The notes under the pieces were generated by a model, which was not told the DNA's origin, searched no databases, and was given only the letters and a program-made list of their open reading frames with translations. The position numbers were made by a program, and so were the translations under genes. DNA of 51,986 nt, the filler included, from Sphacelaria rigidula (lineage: Eukaryota): assembly GCA_964200075.2 (NCBI GenBank). It is 4 parts of 4 records of this genome, joined end to end, with 100 filler letters (N's around TTAATTAATTAA, not from the genome) between each part and the next. Parts side by side here need not be neighbours in the genome. Positions count along the whole stretch, not along the records: positions 1 to 12,923 come from CAXNAA020003300.1; positions 13,024 to 25,945 come from CAXNAA020003301.1; 2 more parts are not named here. One strand, 5' to 3'. Shown here piece by piece: positions 11,775 to 24,750 of the stretch. The number at the start of each line of letters is the position of its first letter. Positions within the stretch are counted from its first letter, which is position 1.

Positions 11775-12923
11775 ACCGTGAGGGTAAATGAAGGTGACAA
11801 GACGTGACGGACTGCAAATACCTGTGTGTCGCTAGAATGTAGATGGCACAGCATACATAAGTAGGGTCCGGGGTGCTACCGCCTACCCGTCAACCAAATA
11901 TCCGGATTTTTCGGCACAGCGAGAGTGACCTCATGGTAAACGTATGTTGTGATGCCTGGTTGCACATTGGCGGGGGACGTGAAAAGAAAAGCCATTCGGA
12001 ATTTCAAACAAGAACCGTCGTTTACCGTGCTACATGTCTCGAAGAGGCTTCCATTGCGGCACGGCCTTGCGCGTGCCTCATACCCACTCGACCGACTCGC
12101 AATATTTGCTGTACGGTATCGAACGCAAGAGTGTCTCCAACGCGCATGGAACCGGAATAGCACATCAGCCGTGTCGAGTGCCTGCACTACAAGTTGGAGA
12201 CCGGAATTACGGGACTCTAAGGAACACCAGGTATGCACTCGTTACATCGTTTTTCTTTTCAATGAAAGCACAGTAAAAAAAAAACGTTTTGCCTTCTAAA
12301 CAATTGTTCATCCATTGTTTTACTTCCCTCCGTGTGTACGGTTACAGCGTAGCAGGATCTGAGGATTGCGGATCGGACCTGACTGAGCCGCATTCTCCAT
12401 TCGCAATACACAATTGGGAGGTGGAAGTGATCCAAAACGGAGTTCCACAACGGAGTATTGGAGTGAACGCGGGAGTATGTTTCAGAATGAGCACGGGAGC
12501 GTAAGTCGAGCTCGCGTTCGGGGTCTTTACATGTGACAAGCATGCTTAACGGTCTAGATAATGCGGCAGTTGGAGTCCAGCGTACGAAAACCCGCATCGT
12601 GTTTTGCTCCAATCGTCCGGGTATTTTCCTCTTTTCCACTTCTGCAAGGATTGTATTCTCGACTCGTGCAGTGAAAATGTTTTTTCTTTCTCGGCTGTAG
12701 GGTATGAGGAGATAGTATATTTTACTGTACCGTATAATGCTGAATGGTACAGTACTTTCAGGTTGTGCCAGTGGCTTCTTTTTCTCTTCTTTACATACTC
12801 TGCACCCCCCCCCCCCTCCCCTCCTGTCTCTGGAAGTGGCGATACCAAAAAATAGAGCAACTCATCGTAGGCTGTCATCCAAATGCAAGATATTCCGTAG
12901 GCTTCGGGCCGAACAATCTTAGC

Positions 12924-13023
12924 NNNNNNNNNNNNNNNNNNNNNNNNNNNNNNNNNNNNNNNNNNNNTTAATTAATTAANNNNNNNNNNNNNNNNNNNNN
13001 NNNNNNNNNNNNNNNNNNNNNNN
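12924..13023. other. Artificial 100-bp scaffold linker (N + TTAATTAATTAA + N)
   Basis: Seen directly. Confidence 0.99.
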
Positions 13024-13140
13024 GTCTGTGAGGTCCCAACGATTTTTTTTTTTTCGCGAGTTAAGGGCGTTTTACTAAAACCTCAAAACTGATTTTTTCC
13101 CTTTATTCACGAAAAAAAAAATCGTTGGGACCTCACAGAC
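13024..13140. mobile_element. Small MITE-like inverted repeat
   Basis: gtctgtgaggtcccaacgatttttttttt ... aaaaaaaaaatcgttgggacctcacagac; lies at the scaffold edge. Confidence 0.7.
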
Positions 13141-13149
13141 AGCTCTTCT

Positions 13150-14000
13150 TCATGCACTGTTGATTGTCCATACCAATTTTCAATTTTCAACTCCAAGAAA
13201 AAATTGCGAATTTACATTTGAAAAACCGAGGCGGCGGAAACTCGGAACAGTATTTTGCAGGCCGTTTATCGGTCCACGTTTGGTGTTTGTGGGTTGAAAC
13301 TTTGTGCAAGACCTTGCTAGGTCGTGATGAACCAAGAAAATGGGTGAGGTTGGGTTTTATTTTATTTTTCACTGATTGAGGGCATTTTAGTATGGTAACG
13401 ATGATTTTTTTACGAGAACACCCGAACCTCTAATGAAAAAAAAAAATGAAGGCCCAAATATGTTTTTACTCAGCATATCTCTGTCGTTCTCCATGCCAAG
13501 TTTCAAATCACAATTCTAAAAATTGAGCTGAAAAATTGAGTTAAGGCCCAAGAGCAATGTTCACTTCTCCTCAAAACCCCCCTAAAAACACGAAAAAAGA
13601 TTGGAAAAAACGAAAAAAAACCCGGAAAAGCTGTGTTTTTTTTCGTCATGCACTAGCGGTTCTCCATACCAAATTTCATTGCACAACTCTCAAAAACTGA
13701 GACGCGATATCCAGATTTAGGTCATCTAGTGCCTCTGCTCGAATTATACTGATTTAGTATGGAACCTTGTGTGCGCCATTTCTCGAGATAGATAACGAAT
13801 CAGGTGAAACTGGGGGTATCTATCGTCTCCCCGTGCTCCAGGGAAGGTCCACACCAAAAATCGTCATCATCCGCTTGATCGATCGTTTAGGGTTTCATAT
13901 AGATTTCACTGTGGACGCTATCTCCGCTAGGTATAGGAATTACTTTTTTTTAAATCAGAACGCATTGTCTGCGTCACATTCGGGTCTTGCGCGTTCTTCA
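13150..14000. mobile_element. Non-coding DNA-transposon remnant
   Basis: Repeated ctccataccaaatttc motifs. tccagatttag..tagtgcctct at about 13710 also occurs at about 33291, next to the mariner fragment. Confidence 0.45.
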
Positions 14001-14182
14001 CACTTTTAATACGTGGAAAAAAATTCAGTGTGTTTCATCCACCATTCCGCGCTCTCAACGTTCGCGTTTCTTAATACTTATCATGCCAGACCCATGCCAG
14101 ATCTTCCTTCTCCTACTATACATGGGGTTTACTCGACGAGGAAAAATTGGCCCAGATTTTTGAGTAGATGAGCACCTTCCCC

Positions 14183-14280
<98 letters not shown>

Positions 14281-14281
14281 T
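14183..14281. repeat. (TTA)n microsatellite
   Basis: Seen directly. Confidence 0.98.
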
Positions 14282-14640
14282 CCGCACATTAGAACATTAT
14301 TGATCAGACGATTAATACGATATGCGGATCACGGCCCAACTCGTCTGTGTCGTTGAGATATCGCTTTTAGAGCCTGAATCCGTTTTTTGGCTAGCCCAGC
14401 TCGTAGTTCATGAGCTTCCTCTCGAAAAAACGGCGGAACGACTGCGAGCGGTCGAGCGCCCCAGCCCTTGAGTAACCAATGTTATCTTACAACAAACCCT
14501 AGCGTACTTTTGCGTCTGTCTCCAGATCGATGCAAAGAAGCTGGAAACTTCTCCCAGGAGACGCAAAGCNNNNNNNNNNCTCACAACCCCCCACCCCCCT
14601 TTTCTCCTGTCTCCCTCCCCCCAAAAAAAAACAAGAAATC

Positions 14641-14677
<37 letters not shown>

Positions 14678-15828
14678 CCCAGCGCGCGCAATGGTTTTGG
14701 ACCAAATGGGAATTGATCACAATTCGGGCACCGCCCCGGTATGATATATCATGTTTTGGGACATTTCTTTCAGCTCAGGCAGAGCAAAGAAAGTATCTTG
14801 ATCTTATATGATAAGATAGGACAACCTCGATATATTGGAACATTGAGACAGTAACATTCGTGACATCCCCACCATTTGTTTTCGCCGAATAGGAGGTCAT
14901 CAGGGGTATGGCTCTGAGAAATATCTCCCTGTGCCCCCTTGGTCGATGGCGAACCAATCACACACGCGGAGACAATGTATCGGCTAAGCTCCAACGCATC
15001 TGGCCACAACGTCTAACAGTTATAATACAGATACAGTACAGTACATGTTTCCCCAAGTCATCAACACGAAGGACAGGGTACACTCGGTCAACACTACAGG
15101 CCTTGAGTGCGCTCGCCCCCAGTAGTCTGCTGCGTTGCAAACCCACGAGTGCTCTCCCGCTCAGCAATTCCTGAGCAAAATGAATGCGACTTCCAGCCTG
15201 ACAACTGTAGTACAACCGCACTCCATTCGACTGCGGGGTTGAGAAAAAAAGCATCATCCGTCCTGTGCACGATAGCACAGTTCAACTACTGCTGTTGCTA
15301 TGTGCAGCACAGAGTCTTGACACAGGGCTGCTACCTATTACAGTACGGCAGAAGGGTTAGGTGTGGCCATCAGTGGCTACTATAGATTGCGTCCATCAGC
15401 TGTCTTGGGCACGGTATCTCCTGGAGAGGGTATTGTTATATACTGGTTAAGTATCACCCAACCAGGCAGAATCTGGTTTGAAGACGGGTCGGTTACTGAG
15501 TGGCCAGCCTCTACCCTGAATCCAAATAAATCAATTCATGAACCCATGGTGCTTTACAACAGTAAGCTTGACTTCATGCAGAGTAATCAATCACATATAT
15601 GGTTGAAAGGGGTTTGTACTGAGGTTCTATTTTTCGGATAATTTGCGTGATAGTCGTCAAAATGCACAAACGACTATGAGCCAACTGGTGTTTTGGACGT
15701 TAGGCAGTTATAGTTTCGAAATGTTTAATTATCAAATCCCGAAATCTCCTATTCGATCACCACACCCCGCCCGGAGCAGACATTGATTTTCGGATTACAG
15801 ATGAAAACCTTTCCCGCCTCATGCTTAC

Positions 15829-15953
15829 CGTGGAGCCATGTCGTGGGCAAGGAACGCGAAGATTTCCTCGGTGGAGGCGACGGTGCCGCCTAGCACCTCG
15901 TCGAACGCCACGTCTCCATGAACCACCGGTACTAGCCCAGCCTTCAGGGCAGC
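15829..15953 (-). CDS. ipk: IPK exon 4 (GLVPVVHGDVAFDEVLGGTVASTEEIF)
   Basis: aacag| acceptor, |gtaagc donor, phase 0-2. Confidence 0.9.
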
Positions 15954-18900
15954 CTGTTATTTGTTATTCAGGCGCGCAATGCCCCAAGCAGGAATTTGCT
16001 TCGTTGAATGAAACCTGAGTACGAAATCTGAAACACCGCAGTGAGTAACCGGCGACGCGAGTCAAGCAAAAAACACGTGGACTCTAGGACTATTCGGAGT
16101 AAGAGGGGTGAACAAGATAGCGTATCTGCCTGAACTTAAGCAATGGCGCGCATACTTGCCCGGGAGTGAAAAAAATAAATGGTCGGTATCGAGTATCGAG
16201 ACTCGTGTCGCCGTTTGTCCTGATGGATGTATGGCGTTCTCATTCAACGCGAGCTATGCCAAAAACCTGCAGAGGACATGTAAGTAGGTGCTTGCCGGAG
16301 GTCTGAACTACAATATTCGACGAGCTCCAGGCGCTTATATTTTTAGTGTGTGTGTTGTCGTCCCATTTATTCTGGGCGCCAGTCTACACCTTTCGCTATA
16401 TGTGGGCGCACCAGTCGGGGTCACTCAGCAGGAAGGTCAACACAGGAGCTTTTTCTTTTAATTTATTTTTAGTACCCCACCTTCCTTCTGCGGTGCTTGC
16501 CTTCTTATTTTTCATCGCGAGAGGGTTCAGCAGTCCCTTTCCCCCGTCGACCGTTACGTCGAATATTGTGTACCCACGACATAGTCGCTCTCCACTGTTG
16601 GGCATAGTGTGAGAAAAAATCCCAGATGGCTCCGGGAATCGAACCCACGACCCAACCGTGAGATGTTACCAACTGAGCCACCGGGGCGACCAGTACCGTA
16701 GTCCTGCTAAGAATTGCCTGATCCGCAATGTGCCAACGCATTACATGGCTCGACAGGCTTGAATCCTGCATACTACCAACGCAAAATCGGCGCCTATCCT
16801 ACGCAAAAGTCCCATTGATGGAGATAGATTAACCCGTGGACAATAGTCTATCCAGAACAGCCGGTGGATGCAAAGACTCAAAGCTATCCCCAAAGAGTAC
16901 GCTATCCCTTACAATTCGGTCGGCAAAGAGTAAAAACTGTGAAAGGCTACCGGATCAACCAGGCAATAACCACAACAGAAATAAACATTTCGGCCATCGT
17001 CGTAAGCTAACTATTCCCGTTAGACTTCAACGACCTGTGGTTTTCTGCACCTTGATGGGGGCCGTTGCCAAGGAAACCAGGGTTCCATCTCGACATACAG
17101 CAGAAGCCGCTGGCTGCAGGCTCATCGCCGGCACACCTGCTTCCAGCAATGCTGCGGTAACTAGCCTGTGCTGCGTCAACCGACGAGGGTGTACAGTAGG
17201 TATATGGTGTGGTGCGGAACTAGATAGAAGAGAAGGAAGTTTCTGGTTGAGCGATCAGACCCCTTTGTTTGTGAAACAGCAGCAATATTAAAAAAGTCTT
17301 CACGACTTACTTTCGAGCTCTGTACGTATGTCCAAGAACTCATACATTGCCAAATGCAATACGATCGTATCTCCTCAGACAGTCCTGCCTTTCGCCAATC
17401 TACAGCCCATGATACTGATCAACCCAACTCCAGAACAGCTGACTGCACTGGGTTGGGTCTTTGAGCATATACTCGTTTCCCTATAGTACTGCCCCAGTTT
17501 TATACTTTGGGGCTACGTAGGCGTATGGGGTACTCTAGGTCCACCTGGTCAGCCTCGATGCTGCGTCGCTGACTTCGCAGAAACCTCGCCATTGCGCCCG
17601 GCCGGAGACGCCATCCCTAGTGCCGTGCTCGGCAGCCGGAATGTGCCCGAAAGATCCACTACCGTGCCCAACAATGATGCGCGTCGCGATCGGTGATTGT
17701 GCGATTGCGTCGCGTATTTCTCTAGATTGGCAGCATTCAAGGATGGTAAAAAGGTCGTGTGACGGAGAGTTTGTACGTTGCAGTAGCTAGGCTACAAAGA
17801 CAGTAGCCAAGATCACACGGCATACCGTGCAACAGTTGATCAGTATCTTTCACAGGAACCGTGGATAAGGTACCTTACCAAGAGTAACCCCGGTATTTAC
17901 CGGGGTATCCCATGCCGTGGCATGCGTGGGTGTCGTAGGTATGAGTTTTGAAAATACCTGAGTGAGCGGGTACGGTAGGTATTGGTATCTCGAAATACCG
18001 TGGTATCGTAGGTATCGTAGGCATGAGTTTTGAAAACACCTGACCGAGCGGGTACGGTAGGTATTGGTATCTCGAAACACCGTGGTATTGTAATTACCGT
18101 AGGTATGACATATGAAAATACCCGATTGGGCAGGTACGGTAGGTACTGGTATCTCGAAATACCGTGGTATCGTGGGTATCGTAGGTATGAGTTTTGAAGA
18201 TACCTACCTGGCTGGACCGGTATTGGTAGGGTATGAGATGTCCCAAATACCAGTACCAGGTACCTGCCTTACCCTCTATACCGAATTCATAACTGTCACC
18301 CGGAAGGGCGGAGAAGCGTTTCAGGGCGTGTCTGGGCAAAAAAATAACTAAAGAAAAAATGTGGCGGTGGATTTGATTTGAGCGAAAATCGCACATTTTT
18401 GTCGAGTTGGGTCCAATCGAATGTTCAAGCTTTCGATCGAAAAAAGACGGTGAAATTGGTGAAACGGTGCATGTCCCTCTTGTACAGTACAGACAATCTG
18501 TACTGTCTGCACCGCTTGCAAGTAGCGTGTCTCGAGTGCGTGTGTGCGTGTTTCGTACAAAAAGATTTTCAACAGAAGCGGGCAACGTGCAGTGCAGACA
18601 GCCCAGGATTATCAGTTTTCTCTGCTCACAACGCGACGTGAAAAGGACCTCAACAACGTGCAGCTTTGCTGCCTGCACTGTCCATGAGCGTGTACGCAAC
18701 TCGGTTGCCCGCCGTACCACGCAGTTCCGTCGCCGATCCTACCATGAAAGAAGATGCGCAAGTTTTCGCCAACAAATAATAAACAAAGCATACCTAGCTA
18801 CTGCAGCGTATATATCCCTGTGCTCAACTCGTACTCGATGCTGCAGGGTTGGGACGGTAGCTGAGAATGAGTTGGATGGAGTTAGCATGGTTCTGTAAAC

Positions 18901-20259
18901 GGGTGTTGTCTGGCGTGGTGGTCTGTAAGATAAAAGTCAAGTGCCACTTCGTGCCTTTCGACCGCATGTTTTCGATCGAAAAAGCTTGGCTTCTTTACTT
19001 TGTAGTTTTCCTCCGCGCGCCACGAATTACAAATTTGATTTGAAGCCTTCTGAGAACAGAAATTCGGTGGACCAACCAGATCGAGAAACAAATTCGACCG
19101 CACTCCAAACTAGATAATAATGAGTTCATTCGAATTGATCCAAAGACGCAAATAAGGGGAAATCTGGGTAAATATCACTTGTGAACACAAGACGTACTTG
19201 CTCCGACAACCTCTGGCCTTTGCATAGTAAGTTGGGACCAGCTGCTGCACCGTGGGGAGTGCATCGCGTCCGGTATAATCGGGTATACCCCGGTATTTCC
19301 CGGGGTATCCCATACCGTGGTATGCGTAGGTATCGTAGGTATGTGTTTTGAAAATACCCGATTGAGCGGGTACGGTAGGTATTGAAATATCGAAATACCG
19401 TGGTATCGTAGGTATCGTTGGTATCGTAGGTATCTTAGGTATGAGTTTTGAAAGTACCTGCTTGAGCAGGTACGTTAGGTATTGGTATTTCGAAATACCG
19501 TGGTATCGTAGGTATCGTACGTACGACATGTAAAAATACCCGATTGGGCGGGTACGGCAGGTATTGAAATCTCGAAATACCGTTGTATCGTGGGTATCGT
19601 AGGTATGAGTTTTGAAAATACCCGATCGAGCGGGTACGGTAGGTACTGCAATCACGAAATACCGTGGTATCGTAGGTATGTCATTTGAAAATACCAGTAC
19701 CGGCTACCTACCTTACCTACGGTGCCTGCGGTGTCTTTCTCGCTCAAGAGTTTCCTTGGAGTATCTAGTCGTTTCCTCGTGCCGTTTTGCGCTCTGTCAC
19801 CCGAACGTTTCAAAAACCAATTTCAAGGCGAAGATTTATCTAGGTGGACGCTATGAAAGACAATGCTTATATTACAGGCACTTAGTCGTAATGTAAAACT
19901 CTTGTACTTCAACTGTGACCATACGCTGTGTAGTGTACAGCGATAGAGCGCGTCATAGGCATGCAGTACAAGTATCCCCCTTCCCCCACAAAGCACCCAT
20001 TATGTAAACCAATTTTGATTCTGTTCCGATATGAAGAACATCACCTAGATATGCGAGCCAAGACATCTGGTCTGAGAGTTTCCTTCTCCGTTTTATCGCT
20101 GATGAGGCTGCCTCCCAACTTGATGAGCACTAATTCGCCATTGCGTCCAATTTCTGGTGCATAACCAGAAGCCTTGGCAACAACAGTATCCCTGAGTATA
20201 CCCGACATCTTAGTGCTGCTGGCCTGTTTTTCGGTCGATGCTATCATCCGCTTTGTCAT
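15829..20259 (-). CDS. ipk: Isopentenyl phosphate kinase (amino-acid kinase family), spliced, C-terminal part not found
   Basis: Phase-consistent join of 20259-20045, 17721-17545, 17165-17051 and 15953-15829 gives LVLIKLGGSLISDK...IIVGHGSGSFGH...LLEAGVPA...GLVPVVHGDVAFD...ASTEEIF. The start codon is uncertain (the frame is open to 20328). Confidence 0.9.
16346..16691 (-). mobile_element. tRNA-derived SINE in an IPK intron
   Basis: Pol III A-box tggctcagttgg (16680-16669), B-box ggttcgattcc (16645-16635) and a (CA)n tail. A second copy lies at 36925-37483. Confidence 0.8.
17051..17165 (-). CDS. ipk: IPK exon 3 (LVTAALLEAGVPAMSLQPAASAVCRDG)
   Basis: cacag| acceptor, |gtgcag donor, phase 2-0. 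Confidence 0.9.
17545..17721 (-). CDS. ipk: IPK exon 2 (GHGSGSFGH with the IPK-specific His)
   Basis: ctag| acceptor, |gtggac donor, 177 bp, phase 2-2. Confidence 0.9.
17856..18275. repeat. ggtatcgtaggtat...gaaaatacc minisatellite element, copy 1
   Basis: About 70-80-bp internal units; same family and orientation as 19248-19724. Confidence 0.85.
19248..19724. mobile_element. Minisatellite-filled non-autonomous element, copy 2
   Basis: Short inverted termini caccgtgg...cctacggtg around 70-80-bp tandem units. No TSD recognised. Confidence 0.65.
20045..20259 (-). CDS. ipk: IPK exon 1 (KLGGSLISDK)
   Basis: ag|gtgatg donor, phase 2. Confidence 0.88.
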
Positions 20260-21929
20260 GTTCCATTTCAAATCATAGTATGACGTTTGGGATGATGAGG
20301 CCCGGTAGCAGCAACCCTCTCTTCTCACTGCTTATGACTCCCTAGCGTCTACAATACTTCACCTACCACCGGCTTGTGTGGCCATACGACCATGTGTTCA
20401 AGATACAGTAGCACAGCGCAATTGTCAACTGTGCAGCACAGCAGTACAGCTCAACTGTCGAACATCAAGTTGCGGGGGAATAGGTGTCTGTTTGACCATG
20501 TCAGCGGGAGATTCCCACATTCCCACCCAGATACCAGATACAGACTCGAGACTGGCCAAGACTGTCAGGATCATGTGCGCGATGCCCGGATCTCTCGTGG
20601 CCATATGACCACATGTGCTAGGTACAGTATAATGCAGCTTTTGACGTCCGAATATCAAGCAATGGGGGTATATGCCGCCCGTTGTCACCCAGGCAGTGTC
20701 GTGCGCGATGTGCGATATCCGTTCTGTATTATGTGCTATTTGGAATTGTCTGTTGTGTGGCCGGTCGAGTTACCTTCTGTGGTTTTTATAAATTCATACC
20801 GTATTGCTCACGGGGTAGTGGCACTTGCTTTGGCCGTCGAATCCAAATAGCCCGAAACCAGGTCTCGCCGAAGTGTGTACGGTGAAAACGTTAGCCCTCT
20901 CACGGCGTGCCAGTTCCCACCGTACCATTTTCGAGAATTAGTGCAGTGCTGCAGGGTGGGAAATGGCCGCCAGATAGATCGATAGGTGCGTTTATTGACG
21001 GCCGCCGACGCCCTGCCGCCGAAGGGGTCCCCGGGGGAAGAGAAAATTAAGCGCACTGCGTCATTTTGGACTATTTTGCCTTCATTTCTGATGCATTGAT
21101 GGACAATATGTCAAGATACTTCTCAAAAACCATTGAGCTACTGAGTCAGCGCTGACTGAGCAGCTCAGTGGTTATTATGGTATTTTCTCAAGAAAGGCAT
21201 ATCACGGAGCCGGTCCAAGCTGTCAAGCCTATGGAATCGTGCACCCAAGTTCGACCGAGCTTCACCCAAGAGTTGACGTCCCTGTAATCAGCGCTGCTAC
21301 TTTGTAGGGTTCATTGTGCATCTCCTGGCCAACAAAAGTAGCGTTTGCACCGTATTCCTTGGCTCAGGCACAGGGTTTATGGTTTATATCTTTCATTAGA
21401 GAGCACCCAAGTAATGTTGTAACTCGGGAGAGTGTAGAAGAGAGGAGGGAAGCCGACGAGTGGTCGACTGGGGGCCGCGTGTACGGCGCGGCAGCTGTAC
21501 TGTACCACATTTGCACACAATTGACTGTCAATACTCGTACGGCACCCCGATCCCCCGTTCTACGTAGATTCAGTATGACTGGGTGTATCTGAGTCACTCG
21601 AACACCCCTCCTGATCTGATACATCAGCACTCAAAGCTCTAATTAAAAAGTTGTGAGGAGGAAACTCAACCTTCCGAGAAAAACGCCACATAAACTCCAA
21701 CGCCTGTGCTCAAAGTCCAGCAGCTCATTTTTGCAGACGCCCAGGCCAGGACACTTGTACGTAACATCGGGAACGCTCTACAAACCCATACCCCACAAAG
21801 TAGCGTGAACGGCTTCACCCGACATACGCACGAATGTATTACGGAAACCATCAATTGGAACGTCTAAAGCTGATAAGTCGAAAGACATACACGAACACAT
21901 GATGTACCTACTCGCTGTCCCCCATATTC

Positions 21930-22680
21930 ATCAAGGCGCGTCGATGCCTCTTGAATAACGTGAACGGGAGCGGTATCGTAAGAATATCAGCGTGTTGCTA
22001 CTCTGAATCTACATGCACGATCCTTACGGCTCCTGTCCTAACCAAGTCCCGAATAAAATGCCACCTCACGTCAATGTGCTCACTGCGACCTGATGTGAGA
22101 GGGTTGTCGGCCAGAGCCTGAGCCCCCTTGTTGTCCGCATAAAGAACAATATCACATTCCACCTCTCGTGCCAGCACAACCCTTGGTCGTTGGAAAGAGA
22201 GGATCGACCTGACAAACATACGCCCCTTTGCCCTTCCAGCCATAGCCACATACTCGGCCTCGGTGGTTGGTAGGTTGACGCAGTGTTGCGTTCGACGAGT
22301 ACTCGACACTGCCACTCCTCCGTACATCACCGCTACCCCGGAAACTGATCGCCTGTCTGTCTCTTCGCGTAATCAGCATCGCAGTACACTGGAAGCATAC
22401 TCTCTCCTGAACAAAACGTCAGACCGTAGTTGCTAGTCCTATTTAGGTCAGCTAAGACTTGTAACACTCCTCTCCAGTGTCCTCCACATGAGTCATGGGA
22501 TTGTCGGGCCAGGTCCCGGGCTGCCTTGGCTATATCAGGTCTGGCCAGCCCAGCCAACCACATCAGTCCCCCTACTGCACTCCGGTATGACCTATCTACC
22601 ACCGTGTCTTTCTGCTTGGCTGGTCCCAAGTCTGCTGATATTGAGGCAGGAATGTCAGAAAAATCCGTAAACTTCAAATC
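21930..22680 (-). mobile_element. Ty1/copia fragment (RT C-terminus + RNase H), decayed
   Basis: YRSAVGGLMWLAGLARPDIA, YCDADYA, TTEAEYVAM, DNKGAQALADNP..RSEHIDVRWHFIRD, QHADILT; stops and frameshifts present. Confidence 0.93.
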
Positions 22681-22864
22681 GCTTCAGCAGGATGTCGATA
22701 AAGGTCATCTGATTTACGTACGTGGTACCTCTTCTCCAGTCCCTCTCTATGGCACACCTCATATATCACTGGACTTCACCTAGGTTGTTTGTCAGGAATC
22801 TTTTGTTAGGATGTCACATACTTTTCCCACGCTTTCACACGTCGGATAGATCAGCTCCCTGTGG

Positions 22865-23310
22865 CTCGAGCTAGCTCTTTTCTAGCGTAGCTCCCTAGTG
22901 AGCTATGTGAGCTACATGAGCTACGCATGGTTTCCCTGGGTGAGATATGAGAGCGACATGAGCTACGCATGTTTGCCCTAGGTGAGCTACCAACCCATAG
23001 CTCATCAGCTCATATTCACCCTGAGTGGACTATGAGACATGCATGAGCTACGCGTGTTTGCCATAGGTGAGCTACCAACTCGTAGCTGATCAGGTCATAT
23101 TTGCCGTGGGTGAGCTACGAGAGCTACATGAGGTACGCATGATCGCCCTCGAGCTATGAGAGCTTGGTGAGCTACGCATGTTTGCCCTGGGTGAGCTACC
23201 GGACGTAGTTCATCCGCGCATGTTTGCCCTGGATAAGCTGTGTGAGAGAGAGCTGCATCAGCTTCGCATGTGTGCCCTGGTTGAGGTAAATAGCTACGGG
23301 AGCTACGCCA
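22865..23310. repeat. gagctac/ggtgagctac short-unit satellite
   Basis: Many copies of gagcta with recurring gcatgtttgccct.ggtgagctac. Confidence 0.85.
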
Positions 23311-23711
23311 ATTTTGAATTTGTCTCTGTTCCGATGCTCATGCACGTTGGTACCCGATTCGGGTGATACATTTCAACTAGTTATGGAACGGTCCTCGTGA
23401 TCCGGATATCATCAACCAGGAGGGAGGTATCTTGTACGGGTTATAAGGGTACATGAGCTCTTCTTGACGTTTCGTGTACACCTGATTCGGATTACATAAG
23501 TGTGCCCAAGGAGATCATATACGGATACTCGGGTCATACAAATCATCATCAGACCTATGTGTACGAATCACACGGGTCAAACAGATCATCATCGGACGGA
23601 TATGTACGAATCGCACGGGTAGAACAGGTCATAATCAGACAGATATGTACGAATCGTACGGGTCATACAGGTCATCATTGGACTAGCGCCAATAAGTATA
23701 CGTACAGTCAA

Positions 23712-24200
23712 CATACGGACTTGTGAACATGCACACTGTACCAGGGCCATACGGGTTGGCAGGTGAGGATTATTGAATACTGTTTATTGCATACTTCATT
23801 CGGATGCGCCGACAGTACACATTTTCAGAAAAAGTATACAGCCCTACCGTGGAACCGCTCGGAATGAAATATACGTACTTCATGTTCCATATGCCCGGTT
23901 TGCTACAGCCAGCATACGGACTCGTGAACATGCATTGTACCAGGGCCAGGTTAGCACGTGAGGATTACTGAATACTGTCTATTGTATACTTCATTCGGAT
24001 GCGCTGATAGTGCACATCTTCGGAAAAAAGATGCCGCCCTACCGTGGAATCGCTCGGAACAAAGTATATGTTCTTCATGTTCCATATGCCCAGTTTGCTA
24101 CAGCCAACGTCCGGACTTGTGAACATGCATTGTACCCGGGCCATACACGTTAACAGGTGAGGGAGCTGAATACTGTTTTCTTGCATACTTTATCCGGATC
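23712..24200. repeat. ~198-bp tandem repeat, about 2.5 copies
   Basis: cggact.gtgaacatgca..tgtacc.gggcca at about 23716, 23917 and 24112. Confidence 0.9.
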
Positions 24201-24599
24201 TTACGGGCGCGGGAAAGGGTTCCTTGTACAATAGATTCGGATTCCACAGGTAAGGGGTAGCTTTTTTGGTGTACATGAGATTCGAATCGCACGGGTCGAC
24301 GACAAGCAACTGCGCTTGCCTGACCCGAGTGATATACATCACAACTATGTGATGTTATGCAGATGACACGGGTCTGCAGATCAGTTGTACACGAAAGTGT
24401 GTGTGAAGCGGGTCGTACAGCTCGTCGCTCGGCAAACATGTACGGGGTCGGATAAACGTGTACGAGTGACAGCTCACCTCGGACGGATCATGATCCATAC
24501 CCCAAATGAGCTGACCCGGATCTGTCACAAGCTAATCCGTTCAATATATTTATCTTGTCACACTTTCTCCCCCTCCCCCTTCTCCGGATGAGTCCGGAC

Positions 24600-24750
24600 T
24601 AGAGGTGGGCACCGAATACCAAAAACAAAAAAAAAACGGTTACCGGATAAGAGGCGTCATTCTCAACAACAAAAAAAGCGGTTCAACCGGTTATTTTTCA
24701 GCTGCTTTAAACGGTTCACCGGAAAACCGGTTTGACCTGGTGAGCAAGGG
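24600..24750 (+). mobile_element. hAT-like element terminus
   Basis: tagaggtgggc start followed by aaccgg/ccggtt subterminal motifs; the other end was not found. Confidence 0.45.

Noticed and set aside
14860-15180. Possible IPK 3' exons (GIAERESTRG...; GGDVTNVT)
   Set aside because: Phase is incompatible or there is an immediate stop after exon 4, and DVTGGM is not present.
16620-16691. tRNA gene
   Set aside because: Only A/B boxes are present, attached to a multi-copy SINE body; there is no complete cloverleaf.
17856-24200. Regularly spaced repeats that might be CRISPR-like arrays
   Set aside because: The units are tandem copies without unique spacers, there are no cas genes, and the context is eukaryotic TE/minisatellite.
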